Assembly (NCBI GenBank): GCA_963716725.1
Contig: CAVQUB010000008.1
Coordinates: 256,001 to 320,000 of the forward strand
Reading direction: 5' to 3'
Source of the DNA: an uncultured delta proteobacterium
Lineage (GTDB): Bacteria > Myxococcota_A > Polyangia > Polyangiales > Polyangiaceae
Length of the DNA stretch: 64,000 nt
Below the pieces are notes generated by a model. It was not told the origin of the DNA, ran no database searches, and saw nothing but the letters and a program-made list of their open reading frames with translations. Shown one piece after another: positions 20,598-30,903 of the stretch (position 1 is its first letter; every line of letters begins with the position of its first letter). The translations under genes were made by a program, and so were the position numbers.

Positions 20598-21518
20598 GTG
20601 AGCTCGGTGGTCAGATCCGTCGCCGCGGCCCTGTTGCTGCTCTCGTGCGGCGCGAAGTCCGGGCTCGCCGAGCTAGCGCTGGACGCTGGCGCGAGCGTGG
20701 ATGCGAGCGTCGACGCCACGGTCGACGCTCCGGTCGACAGCCCGCCCGACGTGCCCATCGAAGCCGAGCCGGATCCGCCGACGGTCTGCGACGACGCCGG
20801 CCCCACGTCCGTCTACGTGATCACGGCGCAGTCTCTGCTCTATCGCTTCGATCCTCCGAGCTCGAGCTTCGAGCACATCGGCACGGCCTTCTGTGAAAGC
20901 AGCAGCCAGCCGTTCTCGATGGCAGTGGATCGCGGCGGCACGGCTTACGTGGTCTACCAAGACGGGCGCATCTACAAAGTGAATACGCAGACGGCAGCCT
21001 GCCAGCCGACGTCCTTCGCAACCGGGCAGCTCGGCTGGGGGCCGTTCGGGATGGGGTTCGTCTTCGATTCGGCCAACCACAGCGACACGCTGTACGTCAC
21101 CGAATCGTCGTACGCGTGGACTTCGAAAGGACTCGCCAAGTTGGACGTCACCAGCCTGAAGTTGTCCTTCGTCGCGCCCTATTCGGAGCCCTTCTCCAAC
21201 GCCGTCGAGCTGACCGGGACTGGCGATGGTCGCCTGTACGCCTTTGGTCTGCCCGCCGGCCCCCTGGGTGCGCGGTTGGCGGAGGTCGATCCGAGTAGCG
21301 GCGCGTTGCTGTCGACGACTGAGCTCGCGTTGGGCACCGAGAACTCTTCGTTTGCCTTCGCCTTCTGGGGCGGCGACTTCTACCTGTTCACCGCCCCGGA
21401 TGGCGTCACCTTCAGCGACGCCCACCGCTATCGGCCGAGTGACGGGTCGTTGACTTGGGTGGCGAAGGCCAAAGCGACGGTGGTCGGCGCCGGCGTCTCG
21501 ACCTGCGCGCCGCACTGA
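20598..21518 (+). CDS. Hypothetical lipoprotein with a probable beta-propeller domain
   Basis: LLLLSC lipobox, Asp/Ala linker and beta-rich repeats (SMAVDRGG, ELTGTGDGRLY, FAFAFWGGDFY). Confidence 0.75.
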   Translation: MSSVVRSVAAALLLLSCGAKSGLAELALDAGASVDASVDATVDAPVDSPPDVPIEAEPDPPTVCDDAGPTSVYVITAQSLLYRFDPPSSSFEHIGTAFCESSSQPFSMAVDRGGTAYVVYQDGRIYKVNTQTAACQPTSFATGQLGWGPFGMGFVFDSANHSDTLYVTESSYAWTSKGLAKLDVTSLKLSFVAPYSEPFSNAVELTGTGDGRLYAFGLPAGPLGARLAEVDPSSGALLSTTELALGTENSSFAFAFWGGDFYLFTAPDGVTFSDAHRYRPSDGSLTWVAKAKATVVGAGVSTCAPH

Positions 21519-21622
21519 GCGGGCGTGGCTCCAGGGAGGCTCGCGGGGGCAGGGGGCTGCGGACGCGCAAAAACGGCGCACCCGTTGCCGAAACGCCGTC
21601 GCGCGGCGGATACTCGGCGCTC

Positions 21623-22303
21623 ATGCTGCGTCACGCCTCCTCTCTGTTCGCGATCGTGCTGGTGCCGGCGGGCCTCGCCGCCTGCGATCAAGCGCCGGCC
21701 ACCGGTGTCTCGGCTCCAGTGGCTCAGGCCCGGGTCAACCCGCCTCCGCGGCCGGACGCCGAACCCCTCCTCGCGGAGCTCGATCTGGCCGAGGTGTGCA
21801 ACGGCAACGCTTCGAAGGACACCACGGCCTACGACGGTGCGGTGGGACGCATCCACCCCACGCTGGTGTTCTCGCGCAAGAGCTCGAAGGACAGCTTCTC
21901 GAAGTCGTACAACCGCCACTTTGACGGGTGGAAGGCGGAGGCGCCCAAGAACTACGAGCTCGTCGCCTGCGTGACGGCCAAGAGCAGTACCAAGGTCAGA
22001 GAGTGCAAGTTCGCGGCGAAGAAACCCGTGAGCCAACTGGATCTCGAGGACACCTCGTACGAGATGGTCGTGGTCGAAGCGCAGACCGGGAAACAGATCG
22101 CCAAGACCAGCGTCGATCTGAAAGCCGACCAAGGCTGCCCGATGGTTTGGATGTTCAAGACCGACCGGGACGCGAAGCAGGCGGACTTTTCCCAGGCCTT
22201 GATGGGCTGGGCGAAGACGTGGGTCGCGCCGAAACCGGCGGGCGTCGGCACTGATGCGACGCTCGACGCCGGCGCTCCGGTCAGAACCGAACGCGGGCGA
22301 TGA
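21623..22303 (+). CDS. Hypothetical lipoprotein
   Basis: Signal MLRHASSLFAIVLVPAGLAAC and a Lys-rich mature domain with four Cys. Confidence 0.7.
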   Translation: MLRHASSLFAIVLVPAGLAACDQAPATGVSAPVAQARVNPPPRPDAEPLLAELDLAEVCNGNASKDTTAYDGAVGRIHPTLVFSRKSSKDSFSKSYNRHFDGWKAEAPKNYELVACVTAKSSTKVRECKFAAKKPVSQLDLEDTSYEMVVVEAQTGKQIAKTSVDLKADQGCPMVWMFKTDRDAKQADFSQALMGWAKTWVAPKPAGVGTDATLDAGAPVRTERGR

Positions 22304-25256
22304 AGAATTTGTTGTTCAGCCTCTCGTCCGTGATGGCGTCGAAGCTGGTGTGCGTGCCGACCTCACCCTTGAGCGAGTGGGAGCGACCGTGCTCCGTCGT
22401 GAAGTAGAGCGTGGTGACGCCCTTCTTCTTCTGCTCTTCGATGAAATCCTTGAACTTCTGCCCGGTGGAAACGAAGGCAGGCGTCCTGTTGCCCGTGTAG
22501 AAGTTCTCGCCCTTCCAGTTCATTTGATACGCGATCAGGAGCTCGTCCGGGCTCTTGCGATCGCGGTAGTAGGCGAGCACGGTCTCGCGCTGGCCCCAGT
22601 GGGGCGCCGCTTTATACAGATAGACGTTCACTCCCCAGCCAGCCCAGAGCACGCTGAGCGCGAGCAAGCCGACCGCCGCGTGGGCCCGGAGCTTCGGCAC
22701 CGCCATCAACAGGCTGAGCACGGCGGGCACGAAGGTGAAGGCGGTCAAAATGGCCTTGAAATCCAGGGAATTTGGCCAGGGCCGACGGTAGTTGTAGGTG
22801 AACAGCTGCATCAGCCGCGCCTGGCCTTCGATGTCGCCTTGCATCGTGTAGAACATGTCGCGGCCCGCGATCACCAGCACGAACGCAGAAGCGATGGCGA
22901 CCGCGCCGATCACGATGCCGTCGTAGGCGCGGCTGTCGATCAGGCCCCCGCTCGCTGCCGCGGTGCCTCCCGTGCTCGGCTCGGAAGCTCCCGCCAAAGC
23001 AAAAGCTTTGGGCATTGAACTGAGATCAGCGCTCGGCGGCTCGGCGGAAGCCTCGGCGCTCGGCGGCTCCACCGAGGCCTTGGTGCGACGGATCACCAGG
23101 TAGGCGATGCCCACGGCGAGCGCGATGCACACCCAGCCCAGCCACTTGATGGGAGCGGGCGGATGCTCTCCGACCACTCGGCCCGTGAGCGCGCCGGGGA
23201 AGAAGCGCATGGCGCCGTAGACTGCCAGCATGACGCTGGCGCTGATGCCCGTCAGGGTGACGGCGAGAGAGCGCCCGCTCGGAAGCTCACGGTCCCCCAG
23301 CGCGCGATCGAGCAGCAGGCCGACCAACATGGCCGTGGGTGGGACCACCGGGAAGATGTAGTGGTGGAACTTGGTCAGGGTGATGGTGAACATGCCGAAC
23401 GCCATGACGAACCACAGCGCCAAGAACGCCCCGGCGTCACCTCGCGCATCGTCGCGGTCGTTGGGCCGCCGCAGCCACCAGCCCAACCCGGCAGCCGCGA
23501 GCCCCGTCCACGGAAAGAGCCCGTAGCCCAGCTGCCAGATGTAGTAGCGAAAGCTCACGTCATCGCCGACATTCGTGTCGTGCACGTGCACGAAAGCGCG
23601 CTTGTACATGTCGTGGAAGAGCAGCCGATCGGTGAAGGGCTGCCCGTGGCGCATGTACATCTGCACGTACCAAGGCAGCGCGACGCAGGCGACAATCAGG
23701 AGCAAGCTCAGGACTTCGACTCGCACCAAGTCACGCCAGCGGCGAGTCGCCGCCACGTAGGCGCCGATGATGGCGATCGGCAGCACGAGCCCCGGGGCGC
23801 CCTTGCCCATGGCAGCCAGCGCGACGAAGATCCAGGCTGCCAAGAAGTACAGCCGTGCGCGTCGCCTTTCGCCGCGGTTGATCCAGAGCAGCGCCGCCGA
23901 GAGTGCAGACCACAGCGCCGCGCCGTGCCAGGGCTGGAACAGCTTGTTGACCGGCACTTGGTCCTTGCACGCTTCGTTGCCTGGCAGCCCGCAGTTGCCG
24001 CCGCCCGAGCCCGAGAAGAACTGATCGAAGTGCCAGCGGAACCCCCGGGAGCCCGAGAGGTGCAGGGTCAGGTTGCGTGACAACAGGTAGAGCACCTGCG
24101 GCAGCACCAAGAGCACGATCACGCCGAACACCAGGTGCCACAGTGAGACGCGCAGCTTCCAGCGTCCGATCGAGATCTGGTGGACCCGGACCTCTTCGTC
24201 CGGATCCGTGTGGAAGGCCAGGAGGGCGAGCCCCATCGCCGCGGTCAAGGGCGCGACGTAGAGCATGTCCGTCATCGACTGGTGCGCGATGAGGAACCAG
24301 TACGGCATGGTGGTGAGCACCACGCCGCCGAGGAACCCAGCCCGGCGCCCGCAGGCCTTGGCCACGCCTTTGTAGAGGAAGTAGACCGCCAGGACAGTCA
24401 GCAAGAACACGCCGATGCGCGCGGCCCACTCGGGCTGGGGCAGGCGCCCCAGCGCCGCGGCCGACAGCATTTGGTCGGGCATGTAGCGCACGCCCAAGGC
24501 CGAGAAGAAGACCCCCTGCATCCAGAAATCGAGGATGGGTTTCGACCAGAACCAGCCGTCTTGGGCCCACCACAGGCTGATCCAATCGTCGCGCACCAGC
24601 ATCTCGCGCGCGACCTCGCCGTAGTGCGTCTCCCACGGATCGGAGAGCGAGTAGCTGCCGAGCAGCGGCAGATACAGGAGCGAGGTCAACACCACTAGCC
24701 AGAAGCCGTGTCGGCGGAAGAGGGGGCGCTCCCTTCCGGACTCGTCCGGCCCGAGCGCGCCGACGGCCTGCACAGTGCGGAACCCGGCCGTCACCATCCA
24801 CAAGAACGTGCCGGTGACCAGTACGGCGGCGCTCAGGATCGGGAATGGCAACCCTCCGGCGACGGCGAGTCGCATCGACACGAACCAGGCAGCTACCGCG
24901 GTGACGAGTTCGAGCAACGCCGGGCGCAGCTTGGCGCCCTCGGGTCGTGCGCTGACCTTTGCCTCGGGGTCGTCGAAGTTCCCGAGCATGTGGGTGATGC
25001 CGATGAACGCGACAAGTCCGCCGACGACCGCGACCGGGACGCTGAACGACCACCGCTGAGTGGTCGCCATCAGCAAGAAGGGTGCAGCGGCGCCCACGAG
25101 CGCGATGAACGCGCCGACAAGCCAGTGCGGAGCGTTCCCCGTCCGGCCGACGATCGGCGTGGGGTCCGCGCTGGGCGGGTCAGCTGGCGGCGCAGGCGGA
25201 TCAGCGGCTGGCGCTTCGGGCGCGGTGGCTTCCGGTTTCCCTTCTTCGTCAGTCAT
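22281..25256 (-). CDS. ArnT/PMT-family (GT-C) polytopic glycosyltransferase
   Basis: LSDPWETHYGEVAREM, SKPILDFW, WAAR, DML, GKG, ALPWY, LFPW and KFHHYIFP motifs, with many TM helices. Confidence 0.85.
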   Translation of the reverse strand: MTDEEGKPEATAPEAPAADPPAPPADPPSADPTPIVGRTGNAPHWLVGAFIALVGAAAPFLLMATTQRWSFSVPVAVVGGLVAFIGITHMLGNFDDPEAKVSARPEGAKLRPALLELVTAVAAWFVSMRLAVAGGLPFPILSAAVLVTGTFLWMVTAGFRTVQAVGALGPDESGRERPLFRRHGFWLVVLTSLLYLPLLGSYSLSDPWETHYGEVAREMLVRDDWISLWWAQDGWFWSKPILDFWMQGVFFSALGVRYMPDQMLSAAALGRLPQPEWAARIGVFLLTVLAVYFLYKGVAKACGRRAGFLGGVVLTTMPYWFLIAHQSMTDMLYVAPLTAAMGLALLAFHTDPDEEVRVHQISIGRWKLRVSLWHLVFGVIVLLVLPQVLYLLSRNLTLHLSGSRGFRWHFDQFFSGSGGGNCGLPGNEACKDQVPVNKLFQPWHGAALWSALSAALLWINRGERRRARLYFLAAWIFVALAAMGKGAPGLVLPIAIIGAYVAATRRWRDLVRVEVLSLLLIVACVALPWYVQMYMRHGQPFTDRLLFHDMYKRAFVHVHDTNVGDDVSFRYYIWQLGYGLFPWTGLAAAGLGWWLRRPNDRDDARGDAGAFLALWFVMAFGMFTITLTKFHHYIFPVVPPTAMLVGLLLDRALGDRELPSGRSLAVTLTGISASVMLAVYGAMRFFPGALTGRVVGEHPPAPIKWLGWVCIALAVGIAYLVIRRTKASVEPPSAEASAEPPSADLSSMPKAFALAGASEPSTGGTAAASGGLIDSRAYDGIVIGAVAIASAFVLVIAGRDMFYTMQGDIEGQARLMQLFTYNYRRPWPNSLDFKAILTAFTFVPAVLSLLMAVPKLRAHAAVGLLALSVLWAGWGVNVYLYKAAPHWGQRETVLAYYRDRKSPDELLIAYQMNWKGENFYTGNRTPAFVSTGQKFKDFIEEQKKKGVTTLYFTTEHGRSHSLKGEVGTHTSFDAITDERLNNKFFIARVRF

Positions 25257-25321
25257 GCTCGGGCGGGGTGTCGTAGCAATTCTCGCGCGGTTTGCCCACT
25301 GTCAGACGCCCGCGTCACCCC

Positions 25322-26161
25322 TTAAAAACGCCCGAGCACCAGCGCTAGCCACCCCGCTTCTTGCTCCCGGGACTCCTCCCGGAGCCCTTGGTCCGCAAAG
25401 CGCGCGAGGATCTCGTCGCCGCGCTCGCGAAGCAGCCCAGACAGGAGCAGACGACCCGCCGGAGCGGTCACCCGCGCCAAGTCGCCGGCGAGCTCGAGCA
25501 GCACCCAGGCTTCGATGTTGGCGATGACCAAATCGTAGCGCCCGCGCACGCTCGACAGCGGGCGGGCGGAGAACGAGCAGCGACGCGAGAGGCGGTTCAG
25601 CTGGGCGTTCTTGCGCGCAGCGCGGAGGGCGGTCTGGTCGAGGTCGATCCCGAGCACGCGCGGTGCCCGACAGGACGCGGCCACCATCGCGAGCACGCCG
25701 TTTCCCGTTCCGACATCGAGCACCGCGCTTGGCTCGAGCTGGCGGCAGTGCCGCTCGGTCGCACGAGCCGCGAGCCGCGTGGTGGGGTGGTTGCCTTCGC
25801 CAAAAGCTTGGTCTGGCGCGAACCAAATCCGGCGCTTGCCCCTGGGCAAGCTGTCGGTGCGGGTCGTCGGCTGAAACACGATGCGATCGGTGATCAACAC
25901 CGGCTCCAGGTACTGCATCCAGCCGGTCTGCCAGCTCGGATCCAACTCACGCTCCGCGACCGTCACCACGCCTGGGAATTCGCGCGCCACCGCGGTCGCC
26001 AGACGACGGGCAGCCGCCCTGCCCAGGGCCCAGACCACCAGCCTTGGGCCAGCGCGCTCTTCGACCGCACCCGCGCCGGCCTCGAAGAGGATGGCTGACA
26101 CCTTCTTGGCGACGCGTCGGGGCACCGCGAAGGTGAGCTCGAAGCACGCATTATCAATCAC
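25322..26161 (-). CDS. prmA: Ribosomal protein L11 methyltransferase
   Basis: PDQAFGEGNHPTT, VLDVGTGNGVLA, YDLVIANI and LLLSGL. The GTG start overlaps the upstream stop. Confidence 0.85.
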   Translation of the reverse strand: MIDNACFELTFAVPRRVAKKVSAILFEAGAGAVEERAGPRLVVWALGRAAARRLATAVAREFPGVVTVAERELDPSWQTGWMQYLEPVLITDRIVFQPTTRTDSLPRGKRRIWFAPDQAFGEGNHPTTRLAARATERHCRQLEPSAVLDVGTGNGVLAMVAASCRAPRVLGIDLDQTALRAARKNAQLNRLSRRCSFSARPLSSVRGRYDLVIANIEAWVLLELAGDLARVTAPAGRLLLSGLLRERGDEILARFADQGLREESREQEAGWLALVLGRF

Positions 26162-26951
26162 CGACCCGCACGCTTTCACGCCAGGCTTCGGCTTGGTGCA
26201 TGGCCCGCGCGAAGTCGGTCGTGGCCGACACCGCGCGCAGCATGCTGGTGTAGCGGGCCAGGGGTTCGGCCGAGACCCCAATGGCCCCGATGGCCGCGTC
26301 GAGCAGCTTGGCTTCTTCGGCGCTCAGAGGTCGGCTCAGCGTCGCCGACAACTCCAGCACGTAGTCGGTCCAACGCCGCGAGGGCAGCGACTTTGCCAGC
26401 TTTGCAGCGCAGCGCAGGGCCATCTCGACCAGTGGGGGCTCGTGCCAGTTTCCGCCCTTTGCTGCGGCCAACGCCGTCTCGAGCCACCGCCCCAGCGTGC
26501 GCTCCGCGAGCTCCGGCTGTCCCTTGGCGATCAGGTGATCGGCCGCGGCCTCGAGCACCTCGTCCATCGGCACGCGAGCGGTCGGTGGCAAGTACGGAGC
26601 CTGCCCTTCGGCCCGGCTCGGCCCTGGGCGCCGCGGTGCTGTGTCCGAAATCGAGATCTCCGTCTCGATCGAGACCTCGAGTCCGAGCTCGCCGCCTACG
26701 ACCACGAAATCGCCGTTGTTGAGCGCGTGCCGTTCGGCAATGCGGACTCCGTTCACGAAGGTGCCGTTCGCGCTCCCGAGATCCTCGAGCGCGGCGCCTT
26801 GGGCATCGACTACGAGGCGAGCGTGGTATCGCGAGCAACGCCCGCTCGACAGCACGACGTCACAATCGTCTGCTCTGCCGATCGAGTACGTGCCGGGTGG
26901 GAAGTGGTGCTGCCCATCCGGCGTCTCCAACTGAACTCGCACGCGCGCCAT
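26154..26951 (-). CDS. FHA domain protein
   Basis: IGRADDCD...SRYHA...EDLGSANGTFVNG followed by a helical C-terminal domain. Confidence 0.88.
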   Translation of the reverse strand: MARVRVQLETPDGQHHFPPGTYSIGRADDCDVVLSSGRCSRYHARLVVDAQGAALEDLGSANGTFVNGVRIAERHALNNGDFVVVGGELGLEVSIETEISISDTAPRRPGPSRAEGQAPYLPPTARVPMDEVLEAAADHLIAKGQPELAERTLGRWLETALAAAKGGNWHEPPLVEMALRCAAKLAKSLPSRRWTDYVLELSATLSRPLSAEEAKLLDAAIGAIGVSAEPLARYTSMLRAVSATTDFARAMHQAEAWRESVRVGD

Positions 26952-26993
26952 TGCCGAACGAGTCAGTCTACCCCAGCGCTGGGCGCCGCGGCC

Positions 26994-29900
26994 CTACTTC
27001 GCGCGGGTCGCGTCTTTCGGGGCTGCGGCGAGATCCCCCAGCGCACGATCGCAGTCGTCGAGTACCAGCTTGTTGGCGGTCGCTTGGGCCATGCGCTTGG
27101 CGAGAGCGAGCTCGCGCCGCGCACCCACGGCGTCTCCGCGCCGGGCGAGCAGCTTGCCCAGGAGCGTGCGTCCGCTCAGGGCGTCCCAGGTCCATTTCTG
27201 TGCTTCGGCGTGGGCCAGCTTCCGGCCCAAGAGCTTCAGGGCAGCGTCGGAGCCGTTCAGTGCGTCCAAGTACGCCAACATGATTTGGTTCAGGTTCACC
27301 AGGCGATCGGCCCCGATGCGCTCGGCGACGGAGAGTGAGCGCGTCAACGCGGCGTAGGCTCGAGGCAGATCGTCGGTGCGCATCAGGCCGTCGCCTTGGT
27401 TGTGCAGGTGGATCGCCACCTCGTGGGGGATGCCGAGGCCACGGGCCTGCTCCGCCGCGGTTCCGCTCTCCAGGGCGCAGCGCGCCCAGTCGCCGCGAAA
27501 GCCGTGGATCAGCGCGCGGACCTTGGCGCGCTCGAGGGCGAGCACTGGCTCTTCACCCTCGGCAAACAAGCCCCGCGCCTGGTCGAGGGCGCTCAGCGCC
27601 TCGTCGTACTCGCCCGCCGCGGCGGCCGCCTGAGCGGTCGCCAGCAGTCTTCGATGTTCGTCCTTGGTATCACCCAGCGACAAGCCCTTGGCACGCTCGA
27701 GAGCGGCGAGCGCGAGCTTGAACTCTCCTTGTCGGGCGGCGAGCTCACCCTCCGCCATGAGCACCAGCTGACTGAGGGCCGGCATGGACTCGGCGCGGGT
27801 GATCGCGCTTGCCAACAATCGAAGCGCCTCTTTGTAGCGGCTGAGCGCCCCCAAGATCAGCGCAAGGTCGACGCTGATGCGAACCGCAAGCTCGGGATCG
27901 AAGCGCGAGTCGGACTGCAGGTGCAGCCAGAGTCGCTGAACGACGTCCGGGAGCTTGGCGCCAGCGCGCACGTGACGCACGGCCTGCCCCCAAGCGCGGA
28001 CCCACTCCGCCAGCTCCGTGGGCGCCTGCGTCTGCCAGTCGGACAGATCGATGGCGCGGGCGAAGTCCGCAGCGGCGCGCTCCAGGCGTCGCGCCCCCAG
28101 GTGGTAGAAGGCGCTGGTCGCGTAGAACCCCGATGCGCGAATGCGCTCGCCGGCCTCGGCGTAGTGCCGCGCGATGCGCGACGCTTCTTGTTCGGTCCGC
28201 TCGGCCAGGACCATTGGGTAAGCGTTGGCCGCGCTCCGATGCAGCTCGGCGCGCGCGTCCGGTTCCAGCTCGCCCGCGAGGACCTCGGGCAAGAACGTGG
28301 TGCCGAAGCCCAGCGACACCGGGTCTTCGCGGACCAGGAGGCGCTTTTCGATCAGGGCATCGGCCAGCGCGCTCACCTTTCCGATGGGCAAGTCGAGCAT
28401 CGCGGCCAGCACCGAAGAATCTACCGGGGCGCCCAGAATCGCCGCCGCTACCAACAGATCGCGCTCGAGCTCGGGCAAGCGCCGGACGCGGTCGACGATC
28501 AGCGCGCGAAGCGGCCGGGGAACGGCGAGCACGCCGTCGAGCGCCAAGCGCTCGACCGAAGCGCCCTCGACCACGATGGCACCAGACTCCAGGGCCTCGC
28601 GCAGGAGCTCGTCGACGAACATCGGGTGCCCTCCTGCCCTTTCGAGCACGAAGGTCCGTAGCTCTTCTGGCACTTCCGCGACTTCGAGCCGAGCGGCGAC
28701 CAGTCGCCGCACGTCGTCCTCGTTGAGGTCATCCACGGCCAGCTCGGTGTAGCCCGGCACCTTTCGGTAGGGCGCGTCGTCCCGGGGCCGACCCGCGAAG
28801 ACGAACAACACCCGGCTCGAGCCGAGGCGCGCCGCGACCTGGATCAGGGCAGCTCCGCTCTCTTCGTCGAGCTCATGGGCGTCGTCCCACGCAAAGATGT
28901 GCAGGCGGTCCTCGGCAAGACTGGCGAACATACGAGACAGGGCTCCGGTCAGGGCCCCGGCCGAGTCCGCCCCACCGCGAGCTGCGCCCAGCGCCCCGAG
29001 CACCGCGGTGACCTCGACGCCGATCAGACCCAGCGCGCGCAGGCGAGGCTCGACCGCCACGATCACCGACGGTGGATCTCCTTCGCGAACGCCGCACATG
29101 GCGCGAAGCATCGCCACCAGAGCGCCCTGCGGTTCTTCTCGCCCACGGGGCAGGCAGCGCGCGATGTGGCAGCCGATGTTGAACGAACCGCGCGAAATGC
29201 GCGCGATGGCTTCGTGCAAGAGCCGCGTCTTGCCAATGCCATGCGGCCCGATCAGCCCGACGACTTGCAGCTGCCGTCGCCCCGCGACCTTGAGCGCGTC
29301 ACCCAGCTTGCGCAGCTCGTTCTTGCGACCGACGAATCCGAGCGTCGCGTCGACGGGACGGCCCTCGCCCACCAGGTAGGTCTTCGCGATGGATTTGGCG
29401 GCTGTCAGCTCGAATTGACCACGCAGGTTTTGGGCGGCGGTGGCCGAAATCACGACGCGTCGCAGGTTGGTCGCCGCGAGGCGCCGCGCAGCGGCCGCAG
29501 CCGTCGCGACCCGCGCGTCCTCGATCAGCGCGCCCGAGTCGTCCACCGTCAAGCGCGCGAGATCCACCGCGACGCACAGGTCGCATGAGCCCGAGTAGGC
29601 GCGCACCGCGACCAGCCCGGCTCGCACGGCGTTTTCGGTGTCCCGGCTGTCGGCCACCGAGAGCCCAAAGACCGCGCTGAACTCGTCATCGCTACTCTGG
29701 AGCAGTCGCCCCCCGTAGCGTGTGAACAACTCTCGCAAGTGCTCGCGTACTTCGGGGCGAGCCCCGCGGGCGCCGAGGCGCGTCACCAGGATCGAGAGCT
29801 CGCGCTCGTGCTTGAGCTCGGACAGCGCGCCGAGCACGCTCGGTTCGCGCTCGGGCTCGAGGGGCAACACGAGCTCGACCGGCCGGCGCAGCTCCGATCG

Positions 29901-30896
29901 CGTCGTCTCCAGAAAGTCCACCGCGTCGTCGGGCAGGCTGATCGGCGCAATGCGCCTGGTCTCGAGCAGCTCAGCCAAGTCTTCGGACGCGTAGCGCGTG
30001 CCCGAAGCGTAGCGCTGGGCGACGAGCTCTTCGTAGAGCTCGGCGCTCGAGGCGTGGCGGCGCGTGGGATCGAAGGACAGCGCGCGGCCGACGAGATCGA
30101 GGACGCCTGTTGGCAAATCGGGGCGGAGTGCGGAGAGCTTGGGCCAGCTGCCCCGCTCCAGCACGGCCCAGGTTTCTGCCGCGCTCGCCTGCTCGAAGGG
30201 GTGCGTGCCCGAAAGTAAGTGATGAAGGAGGGTGCCGACCGCGAATACATCGCTCGCGGCGCTGGGTTGCCGCCCGTGGGTCAACTCGGGGCTCGCATTG
30301 CGGAGCTTGTCCGGGAGTCGGGGATCGTCCAAGGGGCGATCGCCAGCGTGATCCCAGAGCGCGCGCATCACGCAAAAATCCGAGACCTTCACCTCGCCGT
30401 CCCACGACAGCAGCACGTTCTCGGCGCCGAGGTCGCCGTGAACCACGTTCAGCAGTTCGAAGCTCTCGTCGCGTCGGCGGTGGGCGTGATCGAGCGCTTT
30501 GGCGATCTCGGAGGCGACGAACAGAGAAAAGCCGAGCGGTGCGGGTGTGTTCGCGTCCAGCCAAGGCCGAATCACGCTGGCGAGGCTCCGTCCCGCCACG
30601 TGCTCCATCGCCAGGTAGAGCTTCGCTTCGCGCGGGTCCTCGACGCGCCCGAGGTCGAAGACCTGCACCACGTTGGCGTGGCTCAAGCGGACCGCGAGCT
30701 GCGCCTCGCGCACGAAGCGCTCGACGAATTTCTCGTCGCGCGCGAGGGCGGGCAAGAGCACCTTGACGACGAGGGTCTTCTCGAAGCCCTCGACGCCGAA
30801 GCTCTTGGCGCGCCAGACGGAGGTGAGGGACCCCTCGCCGATGCGTTCCACGAGCTGGTATCTGCCGATAGTCGCGAGTGGGTCGGCGTCGCCCAT
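26994..30896 (-). CDS. Degenerate Ser/Thr kinase + cyclase-like + AAA ATPase + TPR multidomain protein
   Basis: Kinase fold with altered motifs (GEGSLT, HGDLGAEN, DFC), a cyclase-like segment, FVGR..EL, Walker A GPHGIGKT, Walker B IFAWDD, GHPMFV and C-terminal TPRs. Start is the ATG at 30896. Confidence 0.82.
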   Translation of the reverse strand: MGDADPLATIGRYQLVERIGEGSLTSVWRAKSFGVEGFEKTLVVKVLLPALARDEKFVERFVREAQLAVRLSHANVVQVFDLGRVEDPREAKLYLAMEHVAGRSLASVIRPWLDANTPAPLGFSLFVASEIAKALDHAHRRRDESFELLNVVHGDLGAENVLLSWDGEVKVSDFCVMRALWDHAGDRPLDDPRLPDKLRNASPELTHGRQPSAASDVFAVGTLLHHLLSGTHPFEQASAAETWAVLERGSWPKLSALRPDLPTGVLDLVGRALSFDPTRRHASSAELYEELVAQRYASGTRYASEDLAELLETRRIAPISLPDDAVDFLETTRSELRRPVELVLPLEPEREPSVLGALSELKHERELSILVTRLGARGARPEVREHLRELFTRYGGRLLQSSDDEFSAVFGLSVADSRDTENAVRAGLVAVRAYSGSCDLCVAVDLARLTVDDSGALIEDARVATAAAAARRLAATNLRRVVISATAAQNLRGQFELTAAKSIAKTYLVGEGRPVDATLGFVGRKNELRKLGDALKVAGRRQLQVVGLIGPHGIGKTRLLHEAIARISRGSFNIGCHIARCLPRGREEPQGALVAMLRAMCGVREGDPPSVIVAVEPRLRALGLIGVEVTAVLGALGAARGGADSAGALTGALSRMFASLAEDRLHIFAWDDAHELDEESGAALIQVAARLGSSRVLFVFAGRPRDDAPYRKVPGYTELAVDDLNEDDVRRLVAARLEVAEVPEELRTFVLERAGGHPMFVDELLREALESGAIVVEGASVERLALDGVLAVPRPLRALIVDRVRRLPELERDLLVAAAILGAPVDSSVLAAMLDLPIGKVSALADALIEKRLLVREDPVSLGFGTTFLPEVLAGELEPDARAELHRSAANAYPMVLAERTEQEASRIARHYAEAGERIRASGFYATSAFYHLGARRLERAAADFARAIDLSDWQTQAPTELAEWVRAWGQAVRHVRAGAKLPDVVQRLWLHLQSDSRFDPELAVRISVDLALILGALSRYKEALRLLASAITRAESMPALSQLVLMAEGELAARQGEFKLALAALERAKGLSLGDTKDEHRRLLATAQAAAAAGEYDEALSALDQARGLFAEGEEPVLALERAKVRALIHGFRGDWARCALESGTAAEQARGLGIPHEVAIHLHNQGDGLMRTDDLPRAYAALTRSLSVAERIGADRLVNLNQIMLAYLDALNGSDAALKLLGRKLAHAEAQKWTWDALSGRTLLGKLLARRGDAVGARRELALAKRMAQATANKLVLDDCDRALGDLAAAPKDATRAK

Positions 30897-30903
30897 CGGT
30901 CCT

